A stretch of 64,000 nt of DNA from Paraspadella gotoi (lineage: Eukaryota > Animalia > Chaetognatha): assembly GCA_051294375.1 (NCBI GenBank), contig CM119270.1:15161921-15225920 (forward strand), in the 5' to 3' direction. A program made the translations under genes and the position numbers. The notes beneath the pieces are model-generated. The model saw only the letters and a list, made by a program, of their open reading frames with translations, searched no databases and was not told the DNA's origin. The number at the start of each line of letters is the position of its first letter. Position 1 is the stretch's first letter. Shown piece after piece: positions 1 to 13,908 of the stretch.

Positions 1-161
1 ATTACGACCCTCGAAAAGGAAAAAAAACCGACGACGATCGACGAGACGACACGAACGACGAGACGCTGTCATAATGCCTCGGCGTTACGAAGCCATTGGC
101 GCGGCAAATGCATAAATCACAAACGAGCGGAATTTGCTAAGAATCAATATCCCGTTGGCCG

Positions 162-520
162 CAGGAGAGAAAGGGTTCGGGGAGTGAGGGTTCGGCAGGG
201 CGGGGAGAAGAAGGGATTCGGGAAGTGAAGGGGTTGGTGACGCGGGCTGGGGGAGAGAAGGGGTTTGGGAGTGAGGGGGTGGCAGGGCGGGGAGAGAAGG
301 TGAGGGGAGTGAGGGGTTGGCAGGGCGGGGAGAGAGGGTTCGGGAAGGAGTTGCAGGCGGGGAGAGAAGGTCGGGGTTGAGGGGTTGGCAGGGCGGGGAG
401 AGAAGGGGTTTGGGGAGCGGGGGGTGGCAGGGCGGGGAGAAGAAGGGGTTCGAGGAGTGAGGGGTTGGCAGGGCGGGTTGAGAAGGGTTTGGGGAGTGAG
501 GGGGTGGCAGGCGGGGTTGG
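162..520. repeat. G-rich minisatellite, unit about 40 bp (GGCAGGGCGGGGAGAGAAGGGGTTTGGGGAGTGAGGGGTT-like)
   Basis: About 9 degenerate tandem copies are directly visible, with dense G-runs on the + strand. Confidence 0.85.
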
Positions 521-1625
521 ATATTAGAAGATGGAAAGATGTGACGAGGGATTTTAGGAAATGAAGAGAGATGATAGAAAGGAGGAGAGAGATCAGAGGA
601 AGAAGAAAAAATGAGGGAAGATATTAGGGAATAGAAGATGGAGATCGAAGGAAAGGGAATGAAATGATGGGAAGAGGGAGGATATTAAAAGAAGGTTAAA
701 AAAGCGATGAGAAGGAAAGTGAGAGTTAATAGAAAGAAGGGAGATAGGAAAGGAAAAGAAGGTTTGAAATGAATAAAAGATGAAAAGAGAAAGGGAAAGG
801 GAAAGGAAAAGAAAGGGAAAGGAAAGGAAAGGAAAGGAAAAGAAGGTTTGAAATGAATAAGAGATGAAAAGAGAAAAGGAAAGGGAAAGGAAAGGAAAGG
901 GAAAAAGTTGGATGATTGAATGTTTGAATGATGTATGAATGATAAAGAGATTAAGAGATTCAACATTATATGCATTCTTAAAACTTAAAACCGATGAATC
1001 ACTTAGTTTAATGATAAGAGTGATAACTTTGTTTACAAAGTTTTTAGTTAGAATTACTCAATGCTCATTGTGGTTGGTAAGCCAGGGGTATAAAACGCTC
1101 AAGCCCCTATTCGCCTAAATATTAACCAATGAGAGAAAGGGAGCGAAAAGGAAAATTTTTAAATGCGAAGAAGTGAGAAGAAAACCTTAGAAAGAGATAA
1201 GTGAGCGACAAGCAATCTTCTCACGACAGTAGGGTTTCCCTTCCTTTTTCTTCTCTCTTTCGAAAAAAAAAATATTAAAGGACGCCTTCTCGTTTCGTTC
1301 CAAAAATAATTTTAAGTGCGAAGAAAAAAAAAGAGGAAAATAGGCATTGAGAAATGAAGGGAAGGTATAAAGCGGAACCTGGGTGGAGCCAGGAGCTCAA
1401 TAAAACAATTTTTTAAAAAAAGAGATTTTAAAACAAAAGATTTTAAGGCTAAAGAGGAGAGTGGAACAAAAAAAAGCAGAGGTTAAGAGTCGAAATTTAA
1501 AAAAATAAAAGAAGAGGCTGGCTAAGATTGGCGACATTACTATGGAAGCCAAACAAAACAGGAAGGATGAAAAGAAGACGGCAAAAATTAGAAAGAAGAG
1601 ATGGAGAGAGAGACGAGAGAGAGAG

Positions 1626-1665
<40 letters not shown>

Positions 1666-1811
1666 AGAGGGAGAGAGAGAGAGAGAGAGAGTCAGAGATT
1701 GGCGACCACTAAACGGCGAACGAAAAAAGAAGAACAAGAGAGAGAAGGAGAGAGAAGAGAGATGAGAGAGGGAGCAGAGAGAGGAGAGACGAGAGGAGCA
1801 TGAGAGAGTGA

Positions 1812-1842
<31 letters not shown>

Positions 1843-2093
1843 GATTGGCGACCACTAAACGGCGAACGAAAAAAGATGCTGGCGCCATTTTGAACTAAGC
1901 AGGAAGGAGGGGATCGCTGGGACGTCGAGGCTAACGAGTCGTTTCTCGCTTTACCAATTTAGACTCTCGCGTTTTCTTTTCTCTTGTTTCTCTCGTGTTT
2001 TTTTTCCTTGTTTCTTTCTATGTTTTTTTTATCCGGTTACTTCTCTTTCGACCTATTTAGATTTGTTGTTTTTTTTGTTTGTTTGTTTTTTTA

Positions 2094-2281
<188 letters not shown>

Positions 2282-2857
2282 TTTTTTCTTTTCTTTTCCT
2301 ATTTTTCTTTCTTTCTTTTCAAATTCTGTCGTTTCTCTCGATATATCATTTCAAAATCTTCAAGTCTCGAGACTCGAAATTGAAATTTTCGTCATCTTTA
2401 TTTTTCGAACGAGAGTGAAATAAGAAAAAAGAGTGTCACAAACACTCGTGTCAGATTTTCGCAATGACATGGCAGTGATGAGGCAGTGGCATGGCAGTGA
2501 TGCGGCCGTGACATGGCAGTCATGTGGCAGTTAGAAATCCCACCATAAATACGTTACATATTGACATTCCTAAGTGAAACCCAAAATAGTTTCAGCCTTT
2601 CTCTGCCCCCTCTCTGTCTCTCTCTGTCTCCCTCTCTCTCTCTCTCACTCTTTCTCGTCCCCCTCTATCAAACCTCTCTCCTCTCATTCCTTTGGATTTT
2701 CCTTCCCGCTGTTTTTGTCGACCTTTTTCTCTTCCTTTTTTTCTTCCTTTTTTACCCATTCAGTAACCCCAAATTTTTTTTATCTTCCTGTTTATACCCA
2801 TCCTTTGTCTTTCGCGTTGTCTGTCGGGCTTAATTTCTCTTTTTCTTTGTGTCTGTA

Positions 2858-3003
2858 ACTTGCTTTCACTCTTTCTCTTTCTGTCTTGCTTGCTTTCACT
2901 CCTTCTCTTTCTGTCTTGCTTGCTTTCACTCTTTCTCTTTCCGTCTTGCTTGCTTTCACTCTTTCTCTTTTCTGTCTTTGCTTGCTTTCACTCTTTCTCT
3001 TTC
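2858..3003. repeat. 30-bp tandem repeat (CTTGCTTTCACTCTTTCTCTTTCTGTCTTG), about 5 copies
   Basis: Directly visible tandem copies. Confidence 0.85.
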
Positions 3004-3393
3004 GTTGCTGCTTCATCCTTGTGTTATCCTTCTTTTTTACTCCAATGCTTTTCCTCGCTCTATCTTTTTTTTCTCTCATCTCTCTCTCTCTCTCTCCTTC
3101 TCTCTCTCTCTCTCTCTCTCTCTCCTCTCTCTCATCCCTCTCATCTCCTCTGCCCTCTCTCCCTCCTCCCTCTCCCTTCCTCTCCCTCTTCTCCGTCTCA
3201 TCGGAAATTCTAAACAGAACCTACAATGCTTCGCTATTACCCCTCGTGTTGTACCGTGATATCTGCTCTCATTCATGAAAAATGAATTTAATCAATTTAA
3301 TCAATCAATTCAAAAGATAGACCCGCTCTCATTTTCCTCTTTTTCTCTTCCTCTTCCGTTTTTCTCCTTTCCTCCCTACTCGCTCCCCCCCCC

Positions 3394-3711
3394 NNNNNNN
3401 NNNNNNNNNNNNNNNNNNNNNNNNNNNNNNNNNNNNNNNNNNNNNNNNNNNNNNNNNNNNNNNNNNNNNNNNNNNNNNNNNNNNNNNNNNNNNNNNNNNN
3501 NNNNNNNNNNNNNNNNNNNNNNNNNNNNNNNNNNNNNNNNNNNNNNNNNNNNNNNNNNNNNNNNNNNNNNNNNNNNNNNNNNNNNNNNNNNNNNNNNNNN
3601 NNNNNNNNNNNNNNNNNNNNNNNNNNNNNNNNNNNNNNNNNNNNNNNNNNNNNNNNNNNNNNNNNNNNNNNNNNNNNNNNNNNNNNNNNNNNNNNNNNNN
3701 NNNNNNNNNNN
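3394..3711. other. Assembly gap (N run)
   Basis: Run of N. A second, 10-nt gap lies at 43882-43891. Confidence 1.
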
Positions 3712-5406
3712 AGGAGGTTTTCAAGTTTTCGTCACAAAAGGGTGGAAAAGATGGTTAGGACTTAGGAGGGAGGAATTTAAATGAAACGAGCCGAAGTCAG
3801 AGATGAAAAGAGAATGAATTGAGAAATGAACGGAAGAAAAGAGACCATGAATAAATAAAAGGAGAAAGAGATACAGGAGAAGAAACGAATGAAAAAACCG
3901 AATGGAGGAAAGAAAAAAAAAAGAAATGGAAAAAAAAAGGAAAAAAATTGAGAAAATGAATCGACGCTTTTACCGAAAGAATTAGAAATTGATAATGAGG
4001 TAGAAATGGTGAATGGAAAGAATGAAAAAGTAAATGAGTTCAATTTAAAATAAAAAAAGAAATATAATCAAATTTTTTTTCTTCTTTTTTTTAAAGTGGA
4101 AATTGTTATGGCGGCGAGGGAGGGAGGGAGTAGAGACTGGAAAGAAGAAATCATTCACTCACGGAAATCATAAAAAGAGAAAGAGGAAAGAAAAGAAATT
4201 AGGAGAAAAAAGAAAAGAAAGATGGGGAAAATTGAAAGAAGAGATATCGTTAACTCGCAGCAACAAAGATTAAGAGAAACAGAGAAATATAGAAATCAAA
4301 AAGGGAAAAAACGCATTCACTCGTGACAATCGAAAGAAGAGAAATCAAAAGAAGTGGAGGAGAGAGAAAGGAAAATCAAAATAAGTGGGAAAAAAAGGAA
4401 AATCAAAAGAAAAGGAAGAAAAAAAAAGGAAATTCAAAAGAAAAGAAAGAAAAAGAAAGAAAAATCAAAATAAGTGGAAGAAAAACAATGGAAAATAAAA
4501 ATAACAGAAAGAAAAGAAAAAGAAAGGAAAATCAAGGGGAAGAAAAAAAGGAAATCAGAAAAAAAAGAGGAATAAAGAGAAAGAAAAAAAAGGAAGAAAA
4601 AGAAGGAAAATCAAAAAAAGAGGAAGGAAAAGGAAAATGAAAAACAGAAGAAGAAAGAAATAGAAAAATTAAAGAGAGGCAGATCAGAAATGTAAAAAGA
4701 AAAAGGAAAAGGAACCGAAAAGGAGAGAAAAAAAAATCATTCATCGACGACAAAATGAGATGAATCATTTATCGATGGGAAAAAGAAAAGAAAAGAAAGA
4801 AAAAGAAAAAGAAGGAAATGAGAAAAAGAGGAAATCGGAGGAGAGAGAAGAATCGTTAACAGACGGCGGAAGGTAAAGAGTGGAATTAATACAACCGTGA
4901 GTATTGAAATGTATTGTATATATTGTATTGAATATTGTATTGAATATACTAATTTGAAAGAAGGGGATAGACTGGAGGAGGCACTGAATGAACTTTATCA
5001 GGTGTTAGTTCTCGTTCTTCGCTGAACATTTTTTTTATTTATAGGAGGAAGAGAAAAAAAAACCTGGATATTTGCATTGACGTCATCAAGAAAGAAAAAC
5101 AAAGAGAAAATCAAAACTGGGGGAAAAAAATCATTCGCTGGCAACTTTATGAAAAAAAAAACGGAAAAAAAAGCATAAAAGTGAAAGATTTATTCACTGA
5201 GGCAGAGAAGTCACAGAGAAGTCACGGAAGAACGGAAGAGATAAATTTTGGGGGTAATATGACTAATATCGAGAGGAGATACTAAATCATAAAATGAAGT
5301 AATATTATTAAAAGAAAATAAAAAAGAAAATAAATGAGAAGAGAAAAGAGACATCAACTAAATTCGTTTTGGACGAATGAAATAAAGAGAAAAAAACTCA
5401 ACTGTA

Positions 5407-5568
5407 TGATGATGAAGATGATGTTTATGATGAAGATGATGATGTTTATGATGAAGATGATGAAGATGATATTTATGATGAAGATGATGAAAATGATGAT
5501 GATGATGATGCAGGTGACGTTGATTATGAAAATTATGATGATGATGATGATGATGATGATGTGATGAA

Positions 5569-5617
<49 letters not shown>
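5407..5617. repeat. (ATG/GAT)n trinucleotide microsatellite
   Basis: Directly visible. Confidence 0.9.
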
Positions 5618-5618
<1 letters not shown>

Positions 5619-6256
5619 GCGGTAGGGAGGAATGAAAAGTTCGGCCTTCAAAGAAAACAGAAAGCAGAGAGAGAGAGAGAGAGAGGAGAGGAATAGAAAT
5701 TGGGTCATTGACTCGATCCTTTTTCGGTCAGAGAGAAATCATCCAAAGTCGAGAGAGAAAAGAAAAAAGAAAAATATTATTAGATTATTGTATATCGTAT
5801 TATAAACTTATGTTTATTGTCCATATATTTAACAAATAAGTAATTAGCCTCCAGTCCATGATTTCTCGCTGCCATCCGAAAGTTCGCTTCAGAGGAAAGC
5901 CGTTTCGGCCTTATTTTCCATGAATGTTCCAATTCTAAAATTTAAACTTAAGTTAATTTTTTGAGTTAAAATAGGGTAAAAGTTATAATTAGGGATTAGT
6001 TTAGGGATTAGGTAAGTTATTAGGGTTAGGGTTAGGGGTTCGGTTATAAGCACAAGAATATTTTTAATCTTTAAGTTAAATATTAAAAAAAAATTAAAAA
6101 TTCGGGATAAAGCAGCAGAAATTGCGCGCTCTGGGAAAAAAGAGCCGACGATTCAGTTGTACTTCTTGACTTCATCTAATTGATTTCACCATCGTTGTCG
6201 TCGTCGTCCCTTTTCGACCTCGATGTCAAAGAGGTAATCGAGCAAATTAAAGAGGA

Positions 6257-6650
6257 CGACCGACCGACCGACCGACCGACCGACCGACCGACCGACGACC
6301 GACCGACCCGACGACCACGACCGACCACCGACGACCGACCGACCGACCGACCGGACCGACCGACGAGACCGACCGACCGACCGAGACCGACCGACGCCGA
6401 CGACCGACCGACCGACCGGACCGACCGACCGACCGACCGACCGACGACCGACCGACCGACCGACCGACCGACCGACCGACCGGACCGCACCGACCGGACC
6501 GACCGACGCGACCGACCGACCGACCGACCGACCGACCGACCGACCCGACCGACCGACCGACCGACCGACCGACCGACCGACCGACCGACCGACCGACCGA
6601 GCCGACCGACGACCGACCGACCGACCGACCGACCGACGACCGACCGGACC
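6257..6650. repeat. (GACC)n tetranucleotide microsatellite
   Basis: Directly visible. It is the source of the RPTD/GRSV ORFs. Confidence 0.95.
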
Positions 6651-6816
6651 CCGATGACATCTGCTTCGATTTTTTCGCTGTCATCCGCTATTTTTATCGA
6701 TGGCGCAACGTTTCTCAAAAGAAGGAGAAAGAAAAGAAACTAAAGAAAATATTGAAATCCAGTCAAGTTTTTTTTTAATTCGTATCTCGTCATCTGGGAT
6801 TTTTCCTTCGTCTGTT

Positions 6817-6904
6817 TTAATTTAGTCGAACTTGTCTTCCACATTCGAGTGGTTGACATGATTTATCTGTCGACAATAAAATCATTATTATTATAGTCGA
6901 ATCG

Positions 6905-6965
<61 letters not shown>

Positions 6966-7092
6966 TCATTTCATCCTCGTCATCTTTCCCTTCATCCGAT
7001 TCATCGCATTCGTCGTCGTCGTCGTCGTCGCCATGGTCGATGTCAACGACGTCCTCGAACTCGTTAAAAGAAGACCCCGCGACATCTGCCAT
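6817..7092 (-). CDS. Possible first coding exon of an unidentified acidic protein (MADVAGSSFNEFEDVVDID...)
   Basis: ATG in AAGATGG context with a protein-like N-terminus, downstream of a CCAAT-rich, CpG-rich segment at about 7760-7890. No recognisable domain, and the poly-D part is an ATC microsatellite. Confidence 0.2.
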
Positions 7093-9149
7093 CTTTGATT
7101 CGTCTCCGAGGTCGCCGTCGTCGAGATAGTCGTCGTCGCCGGCGTCGTTCGTTCTCGGTGTTTCTGTCGTCGTCGTCGTCGTTTCTGTTGTTGTCGTTGC
7201 CTCTTTGGTTGTGATACTGTTGTCATTACTTAATAATAATAATAATAATATTTATATCTAGCTGTTATCCGGGTGTTGATTGTTTGTTGTTCCGTTGTTT
7301 TTTGTTTCTATCATTGTCGTTTGTTTTTGTGTTTGTTCCGGCTGTTCTTTGTAACTGTCGTTGTCGTCATCGTCGGTTGTGGTTGACTGCATTTTGCTGT
7401 TGGTGCAGAAGAATCGAAAAGGGTTAAATTCGCTGAGTGTCTAAATTATAAAATATTGGATAGTGGAGACGTTCAGGCTCGGCGATCTGTGGCGTTGGGT
7501 GAGGGCCTAGAGCTGGAGCAGGAGATGAGCCAAGACACAGACGATGTCGTTGTTTATCGTCGTTGTCATGACTCATAACGCTTCTTCAGTGATACATTCG
7601 CCACTGATCCATAAACGCATGAAAAAAAAATGTATTCTGTTCAATCAGTAAATTCGAAAAACTATGACAAAAAAAATCATGAGAGTAATAAATAGTTAAA
7701 TTATTTCTTTCTCATTCAAAGCCCCCCTAGAGCAAAAATGTTCTATAATTCTATAGTATTAACCAATGAGAAAGTCCGTGAGGTCCTCGCGACGTAATCG
7801 CTTCCGACTCAGTCTGATTCGCGGCGAACGACCAATAGCAACGAGTCTTTGCCTTAACGACGAGATTTGTCGTAACCTCTCGACCAATGAGACGCGAAAG
7901 ACCGGGAGATGCCGTCGTTGAAAGACGTTGTGGACGACGACGCGAAAAAAAAAGAGGGGGTGTCGTTGTCTCCGTAGCGGCCAGTCGCAAGCGTCAGACG
8001 TCGTCGTCGTCGTCGTCGTCGTCGTACTTGGCAGAGGAAACAGATTCTGCAGTGCGTCTGGCCTTTAAAAACCCCGAGCCCTCGGGACGGGCTTTTTGTT
8101 GTTGTTGTCGTTGCTGTTGTCGTTGCTGTTGTTGTTGTCGTCGCTGTTGTTGTGGTTATATTTCGTTTGTCGAAATCCCGTTTTACGTTGTTGTTATGGT
8201 TCATTCTCAAATCTTTGCTGGTCTTTGGTTGCATTTTGTTTTACTTTGTACAGTACTTTGTATGTATATTGAATTATATATTGATAAAACCTATCTACAT
8301 GGTATCTTTTAAAAAACTATCTCTTTCGAGTTCAATGTGACAACATAACAAGAAATAAATGAAGACATGAATTAAGATATAAATGAAATACAAAAGGTCA
8401 ACTTTTGCAATTACAAGCCATTACGTATGTCTGTTATAATATATGAAACACGTGTTACAATTTAATCAGCGTACAAATCGGATTTTCAAAAGCAAAACGA
8501 GAATAGATGAACGGAACGGTAATTTAAATTTATTACTAAAATTCAAATCAACTTTTTGAATCATTGAGTATATATATGGATATGAAATAGGTACAACCAA
8601 TATATAAACCATAAAACCTGCAGTCATATTGAAAATCAAGAAAACGCATCGTTAATGAAATAATTATAATTACACAATTTGTTTTAATCGTTTTCGTTCG
8701 GTTTTTGGGCAAAATTGAAACCTTTTTCGATGGAAACGAAATTGGGCCGAATTCCGTCACACCCTGGGATAATTCTGTTGTTGCCAAATGACGTGGTAAA
8801 TTGCGTCATCCTTTGAATTGACGCAGCATTTTGTTGAGGACGTTAGGTGTCTGCTTGGCGCGCTGGACTCGTCCGACTAATGAGGAAGGGGGGGGGGCGA
8901 ATTGAGAGAGGTTTAAAAATTGGAAAACTCAGAAGTCATTATTTAAAAATGGAGATTGAAGATTAAGTAACACGGTGTTTGTACAATCTTAACCATAACA
9001 AGTCATACAAAACACGAATGATAGTTAAGTTCCTGATAAAGTAGTTACTAGTTAGACCAGCAATTCGTATTGCGTACTCTATCATTACGGTTAAACTACA
9101 AAATATTAAACTAAAATGAAAGAGATTGAAATAAAATAGACATATATAC

Positions 9150-9770
9150 TATATTATATAGCCAAAGGACCAACCCGGTTTGACGAATCTTCGTCTACTC
9201 CGACTTTGACTTCGACTCAGAATCAAATTCATACATTTTTTCGTCGAAATTTCGTTTTCTTCCAAACAAAATAGATATTCGGCCAACGTCTGTGCCTGCG
9301 AAAAGCAAAACAATTATTACAAATACAAATATATATATATATTTATATGTATATATTGTTACGCTAGCGTCTTTAAGTCCTTCCCGCTCTGATCCTGTGT
9401 CCTGAATCTCCGGTATAAATTCCAGGTCGGCTTTCTTGGAATCGTCTGGCCTGAAGTAGCAGAATTAACGTTATTGAAGAGTTACAGAACTTAATCAAAT
9501 ACGTATTTCGCGTTGTGACTTGTGACACACATGTCAATTATTGCTGGTTTTTTTTTTTACCTTTGAATTACGAAATCGTCGACGTCGTTCTTTTCACTCG
9601 CTCGACCTTCCATGCTGCTCGATTCGTGTCCTTCAATTATTTTATTATGAATAAATACAGTTTTGTAAAAAATAAAGAATCGAGAAAGATATTAAATAGA
9701 ATTCAAAATTCACCCAAACTTACTCGTGGGCCAGAGTCCCGACGTCCAACTAACCGGCGCTCTCTGCATT
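9150..9770 (-). other. Putative small spliced transcript (exons about 9770-9724, 9630-9561, 9450-9363, 9294-about 9150)
   Basis: GC-richer blocks bounded by GT/AG (e.g. GA|GTAAGT at 9723, AAG|GTAAAA at 9560, TTCAG| at 9451, CGCAG| at 9295). One frame stays open across three exons (DTNRAAWKVERVKK...PDDSKKADLEFIPEIQ...AQTLAEYLFCLEENE). No recognised homology. Confidence 0.3.
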
Positions 9771-10334
9771 GACGGCGCCGTCCATTGATCGGGCGCCGCT
9801 TCGGTCGACGACGCGGCGACGACGACGACGATAAAAAAAGCGGCGAAGCCCGGGCTAGAACCCGAGACGTCAGAATGAAAAGCGTCCAGCGACATCGTCT
9901 CGTTTGTGAGCCGAAGACAGAGCGACGTTCGCTTTTAAACCAGGCGCTGTCCCCCCCCCCTTTTAAGAGAAATCTGGACTCGCACGCGAATTTTGGTTTT
10001 TCCCTTCATTTGTTCATTAATTTTTTAAATTAAATCATTTCGATAGAATTTATATCATTTTGCGATGTTCCTTTTTTTTTAGTTTATTTGAATTCGTCCG
10101 TTTCGTTTCTCTCATTCCCTCCATCGTCTTTTTCCCCCCTATCTCTCCCCCTCTCTCTTTTTGTGTGAGTGTCTCTCTCTCTCTCGTCGTTCCATTAATT
10201 CGGGAGGAAACAAACGTTAATTCCGGACTTAATCGATAAATTAAATTCTAGTTAATTAAATTTTTTTTCTCGCGCCAATCGTGCGGTGCTTAACGCCATC
10301 AGCAGTCCGAAAGGCGATTAGCAGTAATCGCTTT

Positions 10335-10385
<51 letters not shown>

Positions 10386-10780
10386 TTTTTTTCTCGTCCT
10401 CTTGACTTGTCGTCTCTTCGCGAATCCTATTTATAATTTATCTCTTTATTTAAAAACTTGGGAAGCTTTAAAAAAAATATTTATAAAATAAACGTCGCCA
10501 CGCGCTCATAACAAGCACCCACCTAAATTCGTTTTAGTCAAATATCAAAATAAATACACACCGCTGCAGCAGTGATGGAGCCCCCCCCCGCCGATGACCA
10601 CCAGGCGCCATCAGCAATGGGCGTTGGCTGATGGCAGACGATGGCGCTGATCCCATCAGGGATTGCAGGCGCCAGAGGAAGGTTGGTGACGATTGCAGAT
10701 TCGCTTCACCGGAAGTCGGACGCTTGACGACGATATTATTAAGATGATGACGACGACGATGATGATGACGATGAGGATGA

Positions 10781-10814
<34 letters not shown>

Positions 10815-11168
10815 TCGTGTCGGGCAATGAGCGCCATCATCAGTCGGCGAAGCGTTAAACGCGGATCTCAATTCCAAGACATTGACTTTCTCTCTCGAGT
10901 CTAGAGTCAATAAATCAACGACAACGACGACGACGACGACGACGCTGATTGGTTCGTCGACGGAAATCGACACTCGGGAGGAAAAAAAATGAAGACAGTG
11001 AGAGAGAGAGTGACAGTGAGTCTGCTCCTTTGGCGATAGCAGGCCTGTAACCGTTCCAAGCATAGTACTGAATATTTAAAACTTGATAAAGATAACTATG
11101 AAGACGACGACGACGTCGTTACGCATTCTCATCACGATTGTGAAGACGGCGAAAAATTCGAGGATGAC

Positions 11169-11200
<32 letters not shown>

Positions 11201-12395
11201 CGACGATGATGACGACGACGACGATGCAAATTATTTTCGCCCATAAATCGAAGAGGGAGACGACGGAGTGAAATTTTTTTTTTTCGTCCATTAAATTCGC
11301 TTTCATTCGCTAATTTCTCGGCGAATCACCGATAATTCTCAACATATTGTCGTCATATTTTTTCGGTCTATTTTTTAAAATCGGCTTTAGCAACAGATGG
11401 TGACTATGGTTATGCTGGGCAAGAAGCCGTTTGATTTCCTTGCCTCGATTCATTCCATTTAATAATTATATAATTAAAAGTTAAACATTAAATAGTAGAT
11501 CGTGAGTGTTAAACGCTCAGCCGCCTTGGCATTTTTATTTTTTAAATTTTCATTTTAAACAATAAATGCTACGATTCAAGGTTTTTAGTCTTTTAGGTAG
11601 AACTTTTATAAAAGTTATGTTTTATTCCACGAAATTATAAGTTATGTCCTAGACGTTGTTAGTTTGAATTTAAAAAATTAATCAACTGAGACCTATCATC
11701 AAACAAAACAAACCTACATATTGGTTACATTTTTTCGGAGCAACTTGCGCTCGCTCAATCGAAGATAGAAACCTGAAATTAAAAATCTGAATACGAACTA
11801 ATCGTACGCTACCAAATATTTGTTCGAAAATCACTCAATACTCATTTTGTTCTCAATCGCTGGATGACTTAGTCGCCTTAGTCGCTTACGTAACTCCGTC
11901 AAACGTTAAAAAAGAAAAAGCGCCCACTAATAAAGACAAAGGAACAACGTCTAGTCGCAAAGAGAGCTCTCGACGAGCTGAGTGACAAAGGGATTTTAGA
12001 GGCAAATGTATGTTTATAATCTAGAAAATATATTTTTTTTGAAAATCATTCTCGGGACAGGGTAACAACTTAACAATGTTTCTTCCTTGCCCCGATTTTT
12101 AAGCCTCGAAAACCACGCACTTGTTAACCAAGTAAAATCAACTAATTAAAAACTGGATGAAGATCTCCATTCTAAAATAAGCTCTAAAAAGAAGAAAAAA
12201 GAAGAATAAAAAAGAAAAACAAAAACAACAATATAAAACAAAACAAACGAGACCAAAAAAAAACAAAACCAAAACACAAAAATCGAAACGAAAGAAAAAC
12301 GACTCCAACGTCAACTCTCTCGTTAAGAGAAATGAGACAATGAGGAGAGGGTCCGATGACGCCGGATCCGCCGGGGAACCCTCGACGCCCGCGCG

Positions 12396-13712
12396 ATGAC
12401 GTGCGCCTGCTGCGACAAGAAAAAACGCGAGAGCCGACTGCGCGAGCGGAACCGGCGCAGGCGCGAGTTCGAGGGACCGCGGCGCCATCTCCGCCAGGCC
12501 GACCGCTTCTCCGTGCCGGGAGTTCGGATCGATCTCCGGTTCTGGAAAACAACAGAGCAAATCCTCACCGAGAGACTAGAGCATCAGTACTACTATCCCT
12601 TCAGCGTCGTGTCTCCACTGGGTTAAAATGGGGCAGGGGGCATAGTGGGTGAAAGCAGAGATGGGTTTTGGCAGCGAGTTGGTGAGGCCAGCTGGTATGT
12701 GATAAATTATAAAAAGTAAATTAATTAATGATCTGAAAGGAAGTGTAAAAATATTTTTAAGAGATCCCCATCAATTCGACTACTCAAGTATTAATTAATT
12801 TAATCCCACTCCCTACCCACCTTTATCCGTGACCATTCTCTTCCTTCAGGTCAGTACCAGCTGCGCTTCACCGATGACTCATACTGGTACGGCGTCGCCG
12901 CTCTCGTGATGTTCATAGTCACTTTCGTCCTATTCATGCTGTGGCAACAAGAGATTTTTAATACGGAGCAGCTATCCATCCACGTCGCCCCATCCGTCAT
13001 TCTCTGGGACGGGGACCAGTTCACTCTGCTCCCTTTGATCGCCGTCTTCTTCTTCCTCGCCTGCTGGTGGATGTTGACGCGCTACTCGGTGCATATTCTG
13101 CACGTGGACTGTCAAACGCTCACCTACGAGCTGTACAAGGCCGGCCGGCTCTACTACCGCGGTCACTTTCATAACATTTACGTGAAGCTCAAGTATTTAG
13201 CGACGGTTAAGGACAAGAGGCGACGCGACGCCGACCAGAAGGGGATGTTCTACCTGACGATCGGCGGCTATCGCATCCCGCCAATCTTCATCTCCTCCAA
13301 TTCGAAGAACTATCGGGAGATGCGGCGGCTGGGCCGGCGCATCGCCGCCAACTTTAACCTGAACTACGTGGACAAAGACGCCGTCTCGAAGCACCACGTG
13401 ATCCGGCACCGGTGCCCCTACAGTCCGCTGCTGGAGGAAGACGCCGGGATCGATTTTTACACGATGCTGGACGAGGTGGATGCGTCTTTCGACGAAACCC
13501 AGCGAGGCACGGAGCGGAAGACGGGACTGTGGGCAACATCGACGCGAAGCGACGCTCGGTTAAGAGGACGACGACGGGGACCGCGTACTGAAAAAAAAAA
13601 ATATTTCCTCATGAGGAAATGCGGAGGTGGGACGTCAACCACCTTCCCCCCTTCCCCCCACTTGAGCGCGCGATTTCCGTCTCTCTCTCGCCGGTTCTTG
13701 TCCCTTCCCTAA
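12396..13712 (+). CDS. TMEM249: TMEM249 / CatSper auxiliary subunit theta homologue; 2 exons (12396-12621, 12850-13712)
   Basis: Phase-1 GT-AG intron joins ...TERLEHQYYYPFSVVSPL-G-QYQLRFTDDSYWYG... Two hydrophobic segments follow, then YRGHFHNIYVKL, FYLTIGGYRIPP and MRRLGRRIAANFNLNYVD...SKHHVIRH. These match my recollection of human TMEM249 (LGRYIARKLNINYFDY...SYRHVVRH). The tail after about 13500 is low-complexity and uncertain. Confidence 0.82.
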
Positions 13713-13908
13713 TTCTTTCCGTTATCCTCTCCTTTCAACGGTTTTGTTTTTGGTGTTGGCGTTTCTTCTTCGCGAATCCTGATTCAAATTTGAACGGACT
13801 GTGTTGAAGAGCGGCGGCGTCGGTGAGCTCGGAAACGATCAAAGTTGTCGGGGCGAAGGATTTAAATGCCCGTCCCAGGAGGCAAGAACGCGCCTGTCCC
13901 AGGTCCAG

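Noticed and set aside
1688-1876. Duplicated 42-bp sequence GAGTCAGAGATTGGCGACCACTAAACGGCGAACGAAAAAAGA
   Set aside because: Two copies separated by a noisy GA tract near a gap. Probably a local duplication or assembly artefact, not a CRISPR-like array.
5989-6040. TTAGGG-like tracts (also at about 48390-48436)
   Set aside because: Only a few degenerate units embedded in small repeat elements, so not a telomere.
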